A DNA stretch of 62,893 bases, the filler included, from Vannella sp. (Eukaryota), in NCBI GenBank assembly GCA_023345925.1. It is 5 parts of 5 records of this genome, joined end to end, with 100 filler letters (N's around TTAATTAATTAA, not from the genome) between each part and the next. Parts side by side here need not be neighbours in the genome. Positions count along the whole stretch, not along the records: positions 10,233 to 23,582 come from JAJQQN010000478.1; positions 23,683 to 45,724 come from JAJQQN010001333.1; 3 more parts are not named here. The stretch is one strand, 5' to 3'. This document shows positions 21,198 through 34,447 of the stretch, piece after piece (the stretch's first letter is position 1; each line of letters starts with the position of its first letter). A program made the position numbers and the translations under genes. The notes under the pieces were generated by a model. The model saw only the letters and a program-made list of their open reading frames with translations. It had not been told where the DNA came from and made no database searches.

Positions 21198-22597
21198 TTA
21201 GATGAGATCAAAGAAGTAGTCCAAGCCCTGTCCAAGATCCCAAATACTGATTCCAACCTCCAGAGTGTTGGCCAGCTCGAGCCGATCGGCAATAAACTGT
21301 CTTATTGTGAGGGTGGATGATATGAAGGAGATAAAACTTACTTGAAGCGAAGGATAGTAACAAGTGGTCGTTTCCTCACTTTGCTTAAAAGTAAAAGAGT
21401 GCTCCGCATGGTCGGTATTCCAAATCAGAGTTGGTTGGTACCGATCCAGAATCTCCAGGTACTGCTTGCCAATGACAGCTTTTGGTCCAGATATACTGAA
21501 AGAAGTTCCAAAAAAGTTGAGGCCCATCAAAATCTTTGGCTCTCCCTTCGCTCTAATTGATGGAGGAAGGACAGAAAGGATGCTCTGAGCCATCCACCCC
21601 AAAGGAGCACTGGGACCACCGCCACTGAAGGTTTCAAGTTAGTGCTTGATGGAGTTAGTTCATGACACTCACGGCGACTGGATGCCACCAGAATGGTCGT
21701 AAGTCATTGAGATGAATTGGTCCACCACTGGATAAAGGAGTTGGAAGTCTTCTTTGGTCAGAAAATCCATTTGAGAGAAGAATGGCTTCGAGGGGTAAGT
21801 AGAAAAGACAGATTAGAAAGGTGACTCACAGGAATCACTAAAAGCATTTTCAGCTCTTGGGCTTGCATTGCAGATCCCAATTGCAACAGGAACCTCATCA
21901 AATGCCTATCGTGAGCGCCAAACTTAACGTAAGAAAAGTCAAGGACGAATCCGTCAAAACGTTCCGTTCTGAGAGAGTGTTAGACCCTAAACCCTGATAA
22001 CGGTTTGGATAACGCACTGGCACTCCAGAAGCAGAACGTTAACCAATCTCTCTGCTCTTCCATCAACTCCAAGCGAAAGAAACTCGGCTTCTCTCCATCC
22101 AGCGAAGTGAACACGAGGAACAATCGCCGGAGAACTTCCTTCCTTCACTCGACGAACATCGCGGATCCAGGCCTGATCCACATCATGCTTTCCTTCAAGG
22201 CTAAGCATAGACAGGTCCGCTCCACGGGGTACTGGCGCCCGGTACCAGACAGGCGAGATATACGTGAACTTGGAGTTAAGCTGCTTGGCAATGTCGTATC
22301 CATGGTTGTTCCTGAACGTCAGGCAGTTAGAATGATCTGCTATGTGATCATGCTTTCTACAACCTACCAGGGAGTCACAAAACCCAAGGTAGACCGAGAA
22401 AACACCTTTTTTGTCTGAGTAATGGTGGAATGGTACTTCAATACGGTTGCAGCCTTCACGTTCTGAGCCACTACCAGCCCCTTATGCGCCACACCCACGT
22501 CCTTCACTTTCCGATTGCGCAACTTGGGCGGAGCACCGTCACAAACAACGACCAGCCCCACCAACACCACCAACATTAGCACCCATCTCAGCCGCAT
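21198..22597 (-). CDS. CHID1: Chitinase domain-containing protein 1 (GH18-like, secreted), multi-exon
   Basis: Signal peptide; TLGFVTPWN..GY, HDVDQAW, FDGFVL, SMTYD, KILMGLNFFG, GISIWDLGQGLDYFFDL. Confidence 0.9.
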
Positions 22598-22752
22598 CTC
22601 CTTCCAGGGCCAAAAGAAATGTGATTTTTAATCATAACTTCTCTATGTTCAATCATCTGAGCGATCAGTGAGTTGTTCCATTTTAGGATGCCAGTCGCTG
22701 ATTGGTCGATTGGGAAAAGTTGTGCCAACACGGCACAGTTTCCACAAACTCT

Positions 22753-23582
22753 TCTTTATTGCATTTCTTGCGATGCCTTCTGGTAGCCACACGATCCTCC
22801 TCTCCCTCGAAGGGGGCCTTCTGGCGTTTGGAGCTAACTACGAAGGTCAACTCGGTCTCGATCACAAGGAACACCAGTTACAACCAGAGAAGGTCTCCTG
22901 GAATGGTCCAAAGCCTGTTCAAGTCGACTGTGGAGGCTCTCACTCGCTTGTACTTGATGTGGAGGGCGGTGTGTGGGATGCTGGTTCCTCACGGGCGATT
23001 TACTCCTCTCCTACCTTTGAGCTAATCCCAGATCTACCTCGTATGGCCGTAATCGCTGCCGGCGGAGGTTTCAGTGCCGCGATAGATACCGAAGGCGGCC
23101 TTTGGGTGTGGACAAGCTACGCCAATCTTTCTTGGGCAAGTTCTCTTCCCCGACGCGTGGAAGGCCTCCCTCCAATTATCAAGGTGGCTGTTGGATTCAG
23201 GTTCCTTGTGGCAGAGGCCGAAGAAGGCCTCTGGGTCTTGGGCGAAAACGAAGAAGGGCAAATGGGCCTCGGCCACACAAACGACGCCCTCCAACCGACT
23301 CTTGTCCATGTGGAAGACCGTTCCGAAGGGCCTCTTCGATGCTTGACTGCCTACAACGAAGGAGTGATTCTCATTGACTCACAAGGAGGAGTCTTCTCTG
23401 CTGGAGACAACCGTGGTTGCCAACTGGGGCGCTCTGGGGAGAAATGGCACGAAGCTTCAGCAAATCATGAATATCCCTCCCATGCTTGCAGCTTCCGGTG
23501 GATGTGCTCACGTACTCGCTCTGGATGAGAATGGCGGCGTTTGGAGCTGGGGATTCAATGCCAATGGGCAATTGGGGATGGG
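22753..23582 (+). CDS. RCC1-repeat protein; frameshift near 23435; cut by the contig end
   Basis: Repeated G..HS..LD.EG.VW..G.N..GQLG units; the repeat pattern changes frame at about 23435. Confidence 0.8.
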
Positions 23583-23682
23583 NNNNNNNNNNNNNNNNNN
23601 NNNNNNNNNNNNNNNNNNNNNNNNNNTTAATTAATTAANNNNNNNNNNNNNNNNNNNNNNNNNNNNNNNNNNNNNNNNNNNN
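23583..23682. other. Artificial contig-joining spacer
   Basis: N-TTAATTAATTAA-N. Confidence 0.98.
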
Positions 23683-25886
23683 TTGGCTTCAATCCATTCA
23701 GAGCCGAGCTGGAGACTCTGGGGTTATCCTTATTGTCGGAACGCACGCCGATGATGAACGTTTTGCCGGGAATGAGACCGCCTTGGCGGAAGCATTGCAA
23801 GCTATTGAGCAAGAGTTTTGTGGAAGATTCCCTTCCATCCAAAATATCTACGCCATTAGCAACAAGACTGGACATGCCATCGAAATGATTCGAGAACGAT
23901 TAGTTACTGCAGCACAGTACTTGCTCCAATCGATACCGCCCATTCCTGTTAAATACCGGCATTTGGAGAAAATGATGATGGCCGAGAAATGGAAGAAGCC
24001 TAACTTACCGCTGCTTCAATGGAACGAGGTTATCGATCTTGGAAAGTTTCTGGACATGGACGAACGCACTGTCACCCGCGCTGTCAAGTTCCTTCACAAC
24101 CGCGGAGTAATCACCTTCTTTCCCAGCCTTCTCGCCGCAGACTCCGCCAAACAAGTCGTCACTTTGGACCCTCAATGGCTCACAAAGTGTATGGGGAATC
24201 TCATTGGTTCCGGCACGGAGCAATCTTTTGTTCGAAACGGGATTATCAAACGAGAGAACCTTCACCATGTTTGGAAGCACCCCACATTCCCTCCGTCGAT
24301 TCACGACTACTTGCTCCGGATTCTGGGCGACATTGATGTCGTCTTTCCTGTACCAAACTCTGATTTGATCTTAATCTCTTGCTTGCTTCCTGAAGAGGCA
24401 CCTGAAGTTGGGCGATGGTTTTTAGACCGTGAGGCGGAGCTTGTGCGAGTGTATCAAGTCAAATTCTTCCCAAGTGGTTTCTTCAGCCGACTGCTGATCC
24501 GAATGTTGCTCTTAAGGGAAGCAGGAGCTACTTCAAGGATTAAGTATTGGAACACTGGTCTAGTTCTTGAATATAGAGACGGCACTTCCGTCTTTATTGA
24601 GCAGCTCACACAACAGAGAGATCTTATAATCCGAGTTAGGGGAATTCACAACCCGGTTCTTGTCCATGCCTGTCGAGATCTGTTCAAATCAACCATTGCC
24701 TTGCTAGAACTCTTCATACGTTACTGGTTCCACTTGGATGTGGTTCGCCTTATCCCTTGTCCTCATTGCATTGTTAAACTCCAAGATCAGCGAGAGGATT
24801 TGACCAACTCAACTTTGGCCAGTTCGAAGCAAATTCATTTCTTCCCTCTGTCAGAGTGCATCAACTCAGCCTCATCTAATTTCCCAACATTAAGTTGTCC
24901 TTGCATAGAGCTTGGCGAGGATCCCATCCAAAGAATCAACCTCTCCTTGTTGGCCCCCGACCTGATGCTCGAAACTCTTCGCAGCAGGTTCATTGACAGC
25001 GATTTGCTATCCAACAAGAGGAAGATTGGGGAAGGAGCCTTTGGGACAGTGTATCAGGCAGAATTCGAGGGCAAACCAATTGCACTGAAAGAGCTGACTG
25101 AACTACACTCTGGGTCAGTTTACGAAGAGTTTATCCGCGAGGTATCAATAATGACTGATCTTCACCACGACTGTCTGGCTAACTTAATAGGCTATTCAAA
25201 GAATCCCCTCGCCCTTGTGATGGAATTCGCACCTCACGGGAATCTGTATGATTACATTCATTCATCCGTTGCAGAGATCAGTTGGAAGATGGTGTTGCAA
25301 ATCTCATTGAACATCGCAACAGCCCTGGTCTTTTTGCATGGGATGGTACCTCCTATCATTCACCGGGATCTCAAAACTCCAAATATCCTGGTCTACTCGT
25401 TGGAGGAGTCTGCCGCAGTCAAGGTGAAAGTGGCCGACTTTGGATTATCTACGAAAAAGTGGTCGCAAATGCAAGAAGAGAACGACTCAAGGGACGTTCA
25501 AAGTAGGTTGAATCACTTCGCAATGATCCAGTTCTCACACAATCTTGGCAGATCCAGTTTGGCTGGCCCCAGAGATCCTTGATGGTTCTCCCTACGATGA
25601 AGCTGTTGATGTATATGCTCTCGGCGTGATCATGTGGGAGCTCCTCACGAGGAAGCAGCCTTTTGTCGAGTTTGGGTACGAGTTTTCCTACCAACTGGAA
25701 GATGCCATCCGAAAGGGAGCCCGTCCCAGCCTTCCCATCTGTGAGGGAGGTCCCCGTTCTCTTGTCCACGTTGAATTTGCAGCCTTACTGCAAAGATGTT
25801 GGATTCGCGACCCCCTAGAGCGGCCCCGCTCAAAGGAGGTTGCTGAACTACTATCCAAACATTTAGATCTTCTGGATGCTCTGTGA
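23683..25886 (+). CDS. Roco protein kinase (end of Roc, then COR, then TKL kinase); 5' truncated by the contig end; 1 intron
   Basis: VILIVGTHADD (Roc G4), FLHNRGVITFF, LDPQWL, FPSGFFSRLLIR, IGEGAFG.VY, HRDLKTPN, ADFGLS, spliced NPVWLAPE. Confidence 0.92.
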
Positions 25887-25910
25887 CTTGCTCTGTTTCT
25901 CTTAAACTCT

Positions 25911-28460
25911 TTAATTGTTCTTCTTCTTGCTTAGGAAGGTTGAAGCTTGTCTGAGTAAAGCGCTGCTGATGAGGAGCGATGCTTCTCCTCGAGTGAGTTG
26001 GGACTGGCTGGTATTCAATTCAGGGAGAAGGTGAGAAAGCTTTTCGAGCTGCCTTGCTGTAGGAAGCTGGACTTTCCACCCAAAATGAGAGAAAGTACGC
26101 TTCTTGAACTTAAAAGCATCTGGGTAATGCGTTTGTACGAATTTCTCAGCCACTTCAAAGGCGTGGGAGGCATTCAAGAGAGCGTTTGGCGTGTTGTCTT
26201 CGTTAAGCTGATTTGAGGCACCAGGACAAGGGATGGTTTCCTTGGAATAGCCCTGCAGGTTGACGCAAAACTGAGCTGGGAGGTACTCTTCAATCTCTAG
26301 ATAATGTGGAACTTGGACAGAGAATGGCAGCAATGGGCGATGAGAAGTGCCTCCAATTACAATCCATTCTAAAGGAGAATCGAGGAAAGCTCGAAGTGAC
26401 TCGTTCTTGCAGCTATGCTGCTCCTCCAAGGGTGTAATGTTACCAGCAATGACTTGCCGAATCTTCTTTTTGTTAGAGAAAAAGTTGATTTCCCCCTTTG
26501 TTAAGTTGATTTGTGAGTTGATGAGAATTTCGTTAGGGATTCCGTATGCCTCTAACTGCCCCTCTTCTCCATCCCAAGGTTCTTTCCGCCACTCTCCAGA
26601 GCGCAATAATCCCTCGAAAGCTTCAGGGAAGTTGTGCTTCACAAATCCTTCACAGGAGTCTCGAATCTCGCTGGGATTGTCTGAGATAGCCAGCGTGGTC
26701 ATGTCACAGCCCAGTCCCCCAAACTCCCGTTTGAGGTAGGATGCAGTATACTGGAACCGAGGGACCTTGGAGTTGACCAAAGACATTGCTTCAAGAGAAT
26801 CTCCCAACACATCATGGCGGTGGACATAGCCACAGTCCCACAAGTAATTTGGAATACGCTTTCGTGCTGATATTCGTTTCCGCTCCACAAGAATCACTCC
26901 AAACTGTGGCCTCTCCATAAGAGGCAGGATAAATCGGTTTGTTCCGCACACTCTTTGCCATTCAAGAGAGGAACAAGAAAGGATAGCACGTGATGGAATC
27001 AAGCGGTCCTCTCCCTTTTCTTCTGTTTCTTGATCCACAAACTCTAAAGCCAATAGTTCGCGAGGTGTGTTGTGTTTGGAAAGCGAGTTAAGGCGCTCCT
27101 TTGCCTCCAAAACACTTTCTCCATGGTAAGCCTCGTACATCTGAAGTCCAAATAACGTTGGAGTGGTCACAATCGAATAGAATTTGGATTCAATCTTGTC
27201 TACAATATCAACTACCAGGCAATTGGCCTGCAAAGGGTAAGTTTTTCTCGTCGCAGGTTCATTTCCAATCAAACTGACCTTTCTCGGGCTTGGTCGCAGA
27301 CCTCTGCCTATCATCTGATAATAGAGTATGTTGCTCATTGTAGGACGAGCGATTATGACGCTATCTATGTTAGGGATATCCACGCCCTCAGAAAAAACAC
27401 CGCAGTTGATCAGAAGCTTAATCTCCCCGCTCTTAAAGAGACGAACAATGCGTTCTCTATCCTCCATGCTCGTTGTTCCCTTGACCAAAGCAACTGGCTC
27501 AGAACCTGCGCTGTTGGTCTTCTTGAAGTATTCTACAAAAAGGCGGAAGAGTTCGTCACAGTGGTCGAGGTCGCAACCAAAAAGGAGGGTTGAATGACGT
27601 GATAAGTGAATATGCTCATCGTAGGCCTTAATGATGAGCTGGTTACGATGGTGGGTATTAACAATGTGGCTTATTTCTTCGGTTTCAAAGTCTGCACGGG
27701 CTGCATCAGCTTCTGAGACAGGAATAACAGTTTCCGAGTTGGACACTGTCACAGGAATCACTGGGCAGAGGTACTTCTCCCGCATGAGCTCAAGCATGTG
27801 CTTCTCATAAACAACATCAGAGAATACATCAAGTAAGCTGACCTGGTCTGTCCGGAGTGGCGTGGCTGTGCATCCCCAAAGCAACCGATCGTCACTTTTG
27901 GCACCAAAGTGGTCGATCACTGCTCGGTAGGACTTGGCGGTTGCGTGGTGAGCCTCATCGATGAAGAGAGATGAGAATTGGAGCGCGTTGTAGCGCTGGA
28001 GCCGAGTCAACGGCTTGGGGGAAGACTTGGGCGAAGATCGGGGTTGGCTGCCCTTGTGGTCGATCGTGTGTCTTCCCAGAGTCTGTACGGAAGCCAGTAT
28101 GACGTCAGCAGCTTCTACATCAGCTACACTCTCTGCTATATCCAGCTCTACTCGTAGGGAAGGATCCACGGACAGGATGGCTGCGTCAGAGGGCGGTGAG
28201 GCTGAGATCAAGTGGATTGGGTGTCGCTTACTATCTTTAGTCTGCTGGAGCAGCTCTCGGCGATGTGCTAGGACGAGTACCTTCCTCCCACGCCCTTCTT
28301 CGGACAGGAGGATGTCACGGATGAGGTGAGCCATGATCAAGGTCTTCCCACTTCCCACAGGCAACAACACAAGCTGCTTTCGCCGTCCTTCCACCCAGAA
28401 CTCATTACAACGTCTCACACACTCTGCCTGATACGGACGGAGAGGCGGAGCACTTCCAAA
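25911..28460 (-). CDS. IRC3: IRC3-like superfamily-2 DNA helicase (mitochondrial); 5' exons unresolved
   Basis: LRPYQ.EC, LPVGSGKT, LAHRRELL.Q, ASVQTL, IDEAHHA, GCTATP.R.D, EGVDIPNID, YQMIGRGLR. Confidence 0.85.
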   Translation of the reverse strand, partial: FGSAPPLRPYQAECVRRCNEFWVEGRRKQLVLLPVGSGKTLIMAHLIRDILLSEEGRGRKVLVLAHRRELLQQTKDSKRHPIHLISASPPSDAAILSVDPSLRVELDIAESVADVEAADVILASVQTLGRHTIDHKGSQPRSSPKSSPKPLTRLQRYNALQFSSLFIDEAHHATAKSYRAVIDHFGAKSDDRLLWGCTATPLRTDQVSLLDVFSDVVYEKHMLELMREKYLCPVIPVTVSNSETVIPVSEADAARADFETEEISHIVNTHHRNQLIIKAYDEHIHLSRHSTLLFGCDLDHCDELFRLFVEYFKKTNSAGSEPVALVKGTTSMEDRERIVRLFKSGEIKLLINCGVFSEGVDIPNIDSVIIARPTMSNILYYQMIGRGLRPSPRKVSLIGNEPATRKTYPLQANCLVVDIVDKIESKFYSIVTTPTLFGLQMYEAYHGESVLEAKERLNSLSKHNTPRELLALEFVDQETEEKGEDRLIPSRAILSCSSLEWQRVCGTNRFILPLMERPQFGVILVERKRISARKRIPNYLWDCGYVHRHDVLGDSLEAMSLVNSKVPRFQYTASYLKREFGGLGCDMTTLAISDNPSEIRDSCEGFVKHNFPEAFEGLLRSGEWRKEPWDGEEGQLEAYGIPNEILINSQINLTKGEINFFSNKKKIRQVIAGNITPLEEQHSCKNESLRAFLDSPLEWIVIGGTSHRPLLPFSVQVPHYLEIEEYLPAQFCVNLQGYSKETIPCPGASNQLNEDNTPNALLNASHAFEVAEKFVQTHYPDAFKFKKRTFSHFGWKVQLPTARQLEKLSHLLPELNTSQSQLTRGEASLLISSALLRQASTFLSKKKNN

Positions 28461-28810
28461 CCTCCGACTGTGAAGATTCAGGAAATGAAATGCCCCCGAG
28501 GATACTTAGGCCATGCCTGCTTGTCCACGGACAAAGCTCCACCTTGAGATGGTTGTGGGCTTTCAACCTTGGTCCTCTCGTTCTTTCCCGTACATCCCAG
28601 GGCAAGTGCTGCCGATCACCACGTAAAACGTGGTTCCACCTCGGGCTCTTGCGTCGTCCTGGGGGAATACCGCATTGCTGGTTAAGCCACCACACCTCCT
28701 ACGCTTCTATCACTAAGGAAAGGAGAATCACCTCCGATCCCAAAGAGTGCTTTAGCCTTGATCCGACGCAGCGAGAGCGTGGCCTGCGTCGGACGGACAA
28801 GGAAAAAGGG

Positions 28811-28887
28811 AGAGAGATGGAGGTCATCAGGACAACCAACACAAACACGAGTTCTGTAACCCTCTTCCCCTTCCCACGTGGATTTCC
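28811..28887 (-). repeat. Dispersed short element, copy 3
   Basis: Minus strand gggaaatccacgtggg..gaagagggttacagaactcgtgtttgtgttggttgtcctgatgacctccatctctc. Confidence 0.7.
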
Positions 28888-29008
28888 CGCCCTGAACCTT
28901 GTAAGCCCCTCTTGTCTCGCTCTCACACACAAACTCATCTCCAGCACCTTTTCATAGGAGTGAAACCTTTGTTAAGAGGATCAGGTCATTTTGAGGGCGC
29001 TTGGGGTC

Positions 29009-30131
29009 ATGAGTGGGCTCTGGCTTTACGTTTCCTTGGCGTCTGCTTCTCCGATGATTGCTGCATCGATTCCTACGCTTATCAGTCGCACCCGGAGGAG
29101 TCTGCCGGGGTGGATACCCTTCACACTGCTTGCTATGTCGGCTGGGATGCTCTTTGCTGTGGCCACGCTCGACTTGATCCCTGAAGGGATCGAAATAGCG
29201 AGTGCACAGGCGAAGGAGGAGTGGAACCCTAATATCTTAGCAGATGCAGATGCTCTCTTTGAAGGGGAGCTCTCTCAAGGCGAGCACAGTCACGAGAAGG
29301 TAGGATGGGATCAAAGAGCCACGCAGACTTGGCTCCTGACGACTCCAGGCGGAGACCTACGTCAAGATAGCCACATTTGGCATCTTCTTGGGCTTTATAA
29401 TGATGATGGCCATCGAGCAGATCATGTCACACTTCGGAGCGGGTCATTCGCACTCTCATGGAGCTGAAGGAGCAACAGCAGGGGACACACACGCCAGATC
29501 TCATGCTAACGAAGGCCAAGATGGAATCCTGTCCTCTTCGTTTAGTTTGGCTGCTCTTGTTGGGCTGGGAGTCCACTCTTTTGTTGATGGTGTGATGATT
29601 GGAGGTGCTTTTAGTGCCTCCATGGATGTGGGAGGGCGTGTTGGCCTAGCTATTGTGCTTCATAAGCTCCCAGATGGCTTTGTCTTGGCGTCCATTCTTC
29701 AGGGCATCGGAAACTCCTTTGCCAATTCACCTTCTGCTCGCAGAAACACTCTTCTTGGCTTCATGTATCGCTATATGAGCTTCTTCCTAATCCTTGGGGT
29801 TTGCTTGATGACACCTGTTGGTGCTTTAGCCAGCTATACTCTTCTGGAGGGTGAGAATTTGCAAAAGAGCCTCTCCCAGAGCTAACTGTTCACGAAACAG
29901 GAATGCCTGATGTTGGTCTGGGCTTCGTCTTGTGCTTCGGAGCTGGCACCTTTATCTTCATCACTTGCGCAGGAATAATTCCGGAGCTGGTAGGTGCCTT
30001 TCCATTATTTCAGCGCGACTGACAAGTTGTCACAGCTTCATCAGAATAGGAGCAAATGGCTCACTTTAGGGACATTCTCTGTTGGATACTTCTTATTCCT
30101 GACCACAGATGCTTTATTCCATTCTCATTAG
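29009..30131 (+). CDS. ZIP-family metal transporter (ZIP9/ATX2-like), multi-exon
   Basis: SAGML..A.LDLIPEG, His-rich loop HSHSH, GL.VHSFVDG, AIVLHKLPDGF, FGAGTF.F. Confidence 0.9.
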
Positions 30132-30136
30132 CTTTT

Positions 30137-31357
30137 CTATTGATTCAGGACGCGTTTTACTGTCGGCAGGCTCCAGAGCTTGCCGGATAAATGATTCAAA
30201 CTCCTCTGGAGTAATGTTCTGGTTCCTGGCGTCCTCAAATAGTTGCAGAGGAGATACAGAAACCAAAGAGCCTTGCAAGAGTTGCTGGTACTTGATCTGA
30301 CTAACAAAGGAGATAAAGTATCTGAACCCACAAAAAGTGAGTTTCTTCGAATGTCACTCAAAAAGAGCTGACGGACCGCTGTTTCAGGAAGCTATTCTCT
30401 TCTTCTAGTTTCTGAAGGGAATGGATCATATTGATGGTCACAGGGTCATCTGGTTGCTCATTATACTGCTTGAAGTGAGTTTCTCTGAATTGGGAGGCGG
30501 CAAACAGGACTAACCTTAGAGCAGAGGATCGCAAGCTTGCGTTCAATGTAGTTGTAACGTCTTCTCATGTCATCTGAGTGACTGACGCGCCCAATCTCAT
30601 CCAAAAGCTCCTGCAACTTTCCATTTTCCTGTTCTGTTCTTCGGATTTCAGCATTTAGGAAGGCTACTTGAGACAGCTGTGCCACAAGCGTGGTCTTGGT
30701 CTTTTTCAGCTCATTACGGAGATGGTCGACGTCATTGGACCCTTCAGGAGTGTCTTCAAGCTTGTCGGCAGACTGCATTAGACGAACGTACCCGACATTC
30801 TCTTTCCCTAGAGTCTCTACTTGAGATCTGAGCATGTGAATCACTTGCTTGTCTTCCATGGCTCTCTTTTGAAGCTCTTCCAGCTGCGCTGCGGCGTTAT
30901 CAAGCTGTTCTCGTAAGGAGGAGACTTCTACTGCCATGCTTGGATCTGCAGAAGGCACCAAATCTCGTTGGCTAGCAGCCTTTGTCAAGACCGAGCTTTC
31001 TGTTGTGTGATAGCTCAAGCTGAGAGTCCTCGGAGCGGGAGGCTCGATCTCTCCCAGCTGAATCCTGATATCCTCGATACACGCGCGACGTGCGAGTTCG
31101 TTGTCCGCTTCTAGCACCCATGTTCTCTTTGGAGAAGAGATAAGGAAGCCAACGGGACTGAAGTAGTCGTCTGCGTCGTCTGAACATGAAACGGTGATCG
31201 ATCCACCTTTCGTCAGTGGAATAGCTCCCAAAGGTCTCGTCTCTCCCTCTGCTTTGTAGTAGAAGGCGTGTCCATCTCTCACTTCAAACCAGCGACGCTT
31301 CCAGCTCTTGTGGATCTCTCCTCTCTTACGGAGCCACCCTTCCCACATCGCCACCAA
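30137..31357 (-). CDS. PH-domain + coiled-coil protein; 5' end uncertain
   Basis: EGWLRKRGEIHKSWKRRWF....FYY.....PLGAIPL...FLI..PKRTWVLEAD, followed by coiled coil. Confidence 0.8.
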
Positions 31358-31910
31358 GAACTGAGCTTTTGTCCTTCCTAGGGCCTCTATCCTTGCACTA
31401 CGTTGGTATCAAGGCAGGAGAGGCATCTTTGTGTAGGTCTACCGCGTGTAGAAGAGGTGGAAGCGTTGAAGGAGCTAAGTTTTGGTGGGAGAGGAGGAAG
31501 GTCCCGTGGCAGGAGACACGTCTGAGCGCTTTGTGTCAGTATGACTGGTTTAGTCGATAAAGGATCTCAGCATGACCAGGATGGTCGTAATCTCAAGGTT
31601 GAGAGGGAAACCTAATCCAGTTATCCTTCTTCTGCTCATCCCGCGAGATCGTGTTGATGAGGAGGGATTGAGAGAGACGCACAAGGGGAGGATGGTCGCA
31701 AGTCTCCTTCAAGAAAGAGGAAAGGAGCCACACACTCCACTCTGTCTATCATTGAGAGCACTCAAAGGTGGACGAATGAAGAAGTGACATTCATTCAGCT
31801 CAAAAGAGACCATGCGAAATGCATTTCTCCCCCTTTACTTCAAGATCTTGGGGAAATGAGAGGGGAAATGAGAGGGAGGTGCCGAAGGGAAGTTAACTTT
31901 CATTTTTTTC

Positions 31911-34411
31911 ATGCCTCGCAAGCCTCCTCCGGTCTCTCCCTTGAAACAGGCTGATCCTTCGCCAAGGCCAAGTGACAGGACCGTTGCCCCCTTGCTCCCT
32001 TCGTATGATCCTGCGAGTGGAAAGCACATCATGGCCCATCTTCTCAAGATAGGACAGCAGGACATCTTTTGGGCGTGGCAGATTGCAGCTTTGTCCATGC
32101 GAAAGGGGCAGATCAGCGATAAGAGCTTCACTCGTGCGGAGTGGAAAGCTGTGAAGGAAAGCCAATCCGTAGAACCTCTTCTCTTTGGTTTCAATGTCGA
32201 TAAGGATGACCATGAGAAGGAGAGACATGCTATTTCAACCGCTCATGCCATTGACATGAAGAAAGTCTTCCTTCTCCAAGCAGCTTTCGACGTATCAGAT
32301 GGTACAATTACGATCCGACCCCTCCAACGCAAACACGGAAGTCGATTCTCTCGCAAGTTTGGGGATGGAATGGCTTTGGTCATCTCTCTAAAGAAGGACA
32401 AAAGCAAGAAAGGACAGAAGAAAGGCGAAGACATCTATCGAAAGGAGCTCGACTGGACCGAGTTTGGACTAGGCAGATGGGAGTTTCTCTTTGCCAAAAT
32501 CACCAGTAAACAAGCCACCTTTATCCGCACCGATCGGCCCAACAAGGATGGAATTTGGCTCACGGCTGAGAAAGTACGCAACTGGCTGGTGGATACTCAA
32601 TGCAACAGTGAACAGACACTCTCCAAGTATCAGTCTCGCATTTCCTTGGCCTTTAGCTCCTCCTTTTGCGTGGAGAAAGTTCTTGCGATCGACCAGTACG
32701 GAATAATTCCTGATATCGACCATTTCCCTGAGGATGGGAATGAAGACTCTATCATGACAGATGGCTGCGGCTTGATTGCAGCAAGTCTCATGAAAACTGT
32801 CGCAGACCAACTAGGACTGACTTGCATCCCATCAGCCATCCAAGCCCGCTTTGGATGTTGCAAAGGAGTGAGTTTCCTTTTTTTGTGCTTTCTCTTTGTC
32901 AACTCACCACCTAGTAGATGTGGCTCATGGCAGATGACAATACAATGCAAGGAAAGCTTCTCCTATCTCGAGAATCGCAAAAGAAATTCTCTTTTCCCAC
33001 GGAGGAGCCAGAGGAGTGTCACCGAAAGTTAGATGTTCTCACATGGACGCGAGCCCTCCCAAGTAGAACCCACAAGACCGTCGCTATCTTCTGGGGTGTT
33101 CTAGGACTGAACAAGTGTATTTTGACAGAAATCGCCGATAAGGAGATGGAAGACTTATTGGGGCTATTCAAGAATGGAGAGACACGAGAAATTGTCAAAC
33201 ACCTTTTCTCCGACGGAGGAGAAATCTCTTTGGGTGTTCAAAAGATGCTCATGGCAGGATTTCCTGTCAATCACCATGAAGTCCAACGTGCTTTATATCA
33301 TATTGGCGACCAAACAGCCAAAAAGATGAAATCAGGGGCGATTCCTATCTCGAATGGAGTTTATCTGTACATGGTACCGGATCATACAGGTACATTGGCT
33401 CCTGGTGAGATCTTTGTGCAATTCTCGAACCCTTCAATGTACGGTAAAAGACTATTGCTTGGAGAAACGCTCGTCTACAGAGCACCTGTTCAGGTGCAAT
33501 CAGATTTTCAAAAGATGGAGGCGGTTGAGTGCCCTGAGCTGGACATGTACTTCGATGTTGTGATGTTCTCTACTCAAGGAGAAGTGTCACCTGGATCTCT
33601 TCTTTCTGGAGGCGATTACGATGGAGATCAGGCGTGGATTATCTGGGATGAGCGCCTCTTGAAGGGCATCAATTGTGTCCAAAAATTGCCTCCTCCCGAG
33701 GAGGTTAAGGATCTGGTGAAACCCAGCAATTTAGGAACAAAGAAAATAAGATGTTTGAAATCTCTTCAAGAGGGCCTCATCGACTATTACAGAGAGCAGT
33801 CGAAATGCTCTATTTTGGGCGCCATGACCGCCCAGCTTGATGACCTGATGAATGAGATCTGCCGAGAAGGCCCAGACCCAGAGCGAGTCAGGAAGTCTTT
33901 GTTGTTGGGAAATCTTTGTGCCAAAGCAGTGGACTCTTGTAAAGCTGGGGATTTCTTACTCGACAAGTGCATGACGATTCACGCAATTCCTAAGCCCCCC
34001 AGAAGCAGCCCAAAGAGAGATGGAGTTCCTCAGGAGAGACCTATTGATATCCTTAGTGAAATTCGGCTCACTTCCGGTAAATCGAAAGATGCAGAAGTTT
34101 GGGACATTGACCTTGCACCAACAAAGGAAGATGTAACGGATGAAACAGTTCTACGCTGCCAACAACTGCGAAACCATTTTGATCTTGCCGAGAAGACCAT
34201 GAGGAAGTGGAATCTGACTAGCACAGAGCGCCTCAAATTGGCACGAGTGTATTACTTGATATCATGGGGTCACTCACTGAGTTGGTCGAAGTGGAAGATT
34301 TTTCGACTTGAGTACTGCCAACTGAAGGCAGATGCCATTTCTGCAAGAACTCGGAACCCACTGACTGCTACAGTTCTTCCCTGTCATCTTTTGAGTTACC
34401 AGGCCAAGTGA
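31911..34411 (+). CDS. Cellular RNA-dependent RNA polymerase (RNAi-type, QDE-1/RDR-gamma-like), one intron 32868-32917
   Basis: K...R..L.FS, TDGCGLI, PSAIQARFG.CKG.W, VPD.TG.L.PGEIFVQ, YRAP, LSGGDYDGD (catalytic DxDGD), AVD..K.G. Confidence 0.93.
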
Positions 34412-34447
34412 ATGCATAAACGGCAGTCTTCTTTCTTTGATTGTGGA

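Noticed and set aside
31911..34411. RdRP as an endogenous virus
   Set aside because: It is the cellular double-psi-barrel DxDGD type with a spliceosomal intron, not a viral GDD palm polymerase
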